Source of the DNA: Nitrospirota bacterium
Lineage (GTDB): Bacteria; Nitrospirota; UBA9217
DNA: 47,202 nt
NCBI GenBank assembly: GCA_029858565.1
Contig: JAOUEV010000026.1
Coordinates: 1-47,202, forward strand
Reading direction: 5' to 3'
A model generated the notes under the pieces. That model was given only the letters and a program-made list of their open reading frames with translations. It was not told the DNA's origin and ran no database searches. Made by a program: the position numbers and the translations under genes. Positions within the stretch are counted from its first letter, which is position 1. Every line of letters starts with the position of its first letter. This document shows, piece after piece, positions 46,163-47,202 of the stretch.

Positions 46163-47096
46163 ATAGGGTCAGGTCCTGCGGATTGTCAAATCTCCTGTTA
46201 TGTGATATCCTCCTATCATGTCTCGCCCTCTCCGCATCGAATATCCCGGCGCCGTCTACCATGTGACTTCCCGCGGCAACGAGAAAAAGCCTGTCTTCAG
46301 GGACGACCGCGACCGCGAGAATTTTCTGAACACACTCTTGCACGTCAATAAACGCTACAATTGGATCTGCCACGCCTACTGCCTCATGACCAATCATTAC
46401 CATCTTCTCATCGAAACCCCGGACGCCAATCTCTCTATCGGCATGCGGCAGTTGAACGGCGTGTATACCCAGTTGTTCAACAAATGGCACGGCAGAAGCG
46501 GCCACCTGTTTCAGGGCCGCTTTAAGGCCATCCTGATCCAGAAAGACAGCCATCTCCTGGAAGTCTGCCGGTATGTGGTCCTCAATCCCGTTCGGGCAAA
46601 GATGGTTGAAAAGCCGGAAGCATATCCCTGGTCCAGCTACCTTTCAACGACAGGCCGGGCGAAACCGCATCCCAGCCTTACCACGGACTGGGTCCTAGGC
46701 CAGTTCAGCGTAAAGAGGGGCAAAGCCGAGCAGGAGTACCGCAAATTCGTCACATGGGGAATCGGCCAGAAGTCGATCTGGGCTGAGGTGAGGGGGCAGA
46801 CGCTTCTGGGTGAGGAAGTGTTCGTCGACAAACTAGCCGATCATCTGAAGAAGAAACGCGATATTCCCGAGATACCCCGCAGTCAACGGTATGCTCACCG
46901 GCCGCTCCTGGAAAAGTTGTTCGCCGGCGACGTGCGAACAAACGTGCGGAAACGGCGAGCGGCGGTCAGGAGGGCAGTGGAGCAGTACGGGTATCGCATA
47001 CGGGAGATCGCGACACATTTGGGACTGCATGATTCGTCGGTCAGCAGGATTGCGAAGGGAGAGCGATGAGTGTCAAACCGCAGGACCTGACCCTAT
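46163..47096 (+). mobile_element. Y1/RAYT transposase element bounded by 26-bp inverted repeats
   Basis: ATAGGGTCAGGTCCTGCGGATTGTCA (46163-46188) versus reverse complement of 47071-47096, 2 mismatches. Confidence 0.75.
46218..47069 (+). CDS. REP-associated tyrosine transposase-like (HUH Y1) protein with C-terminal HTH
   Basis: RPLRIEYPGAVYHVTSRGN, CLMTNHYHLL (HUH), GHLFQGRF, RYVVLNP, YPWSSY, REIATHLGLHDSSVSR. Confidence 0.92.
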   Translation: MSRPLRIEYPGAVYHVTSRGNEKKPVFRDDRDRENFLNTLLHVNKRYNWICHAYCLMTNHYHLLIETPDANLSIGMRQLNGVYTQLFNKWHGRSGHLFQGRFKAILIQKDSHLLEVCRYVVLNPVRAKMVEKPEAYPWSSYLSTTGRAKPHPSLTTDWVLGQFSVKRGKAEQEYRKFVTWGIGQKSIWAEVRGQTLLGEEVFVDKLADHLKKKRDIPEIPRSQRYAHRPLLEKLFAGDVRTNVRKRRAAVRRAVEQYGYRIREIATHLGLHDSSVSRIAKGER

Positions 47097-47202
47097 GGGT
47101 GCCGCAGATGTTCAGATACGAGATGTCCACATGCCAATGTTCATGAGGCAGGAGCGGCTGAACGAAGCCGGTTCCCTTTTTGCTGATTTTCTTGTTCCAC
47201 TT

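Overview
GC-rich bacterial chromosome segment. Gene content suggests an anaerobic Nitrospirota/Desulfobacterota-like organism, but this is inference only. From left to right it holds: uvrB; a cupin-like gene plus a diheme-c GAF-GGDEF sensor, bracketed by heptamer repeat arrays; rmuC; a Crp/Fnr regulator with a DUF2892 gene; a decayed tandem [PhnD-like binding protein + chemoreceptor] chemotaxis locus ending in cheW; and a ~12-kb nitrogen cluster (KaiC-like/XRE/cupin regulator, two stand-alone FMN glutamate-synthase-like paralogs, NrpR, split glutamate synthase). Then come maf; an aspartate-less NarL-type regulator followed by a promoter-driven structured ncRNA candidate; xerD; a DHH-CBS tRNA nucleotidyltransferase; a Na/Pi cotransporter; yjbQ; a TPR-peptidase; queA; a SPOR protein; a probable selenocysteine rhodanese; IclR; larE-purD-nif3-purE-DUF89-tsaC; PhoH2; nfnAB; a pilin-like gene; a lipoprotein; and an inverted-repeat-flanked RAYT/Y1 transposase. 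The best leads are the unannotated ncRNA beside the pseudo-receiver regulator, the UGA-recoded rhodanese, the regulator and paralog architecture of the nitrogen cluster, three same-architecture but different-sequence palindromic repeats, and frequent leaderless gene starts. All calls were made by eye; no database searches or folding programs were run.
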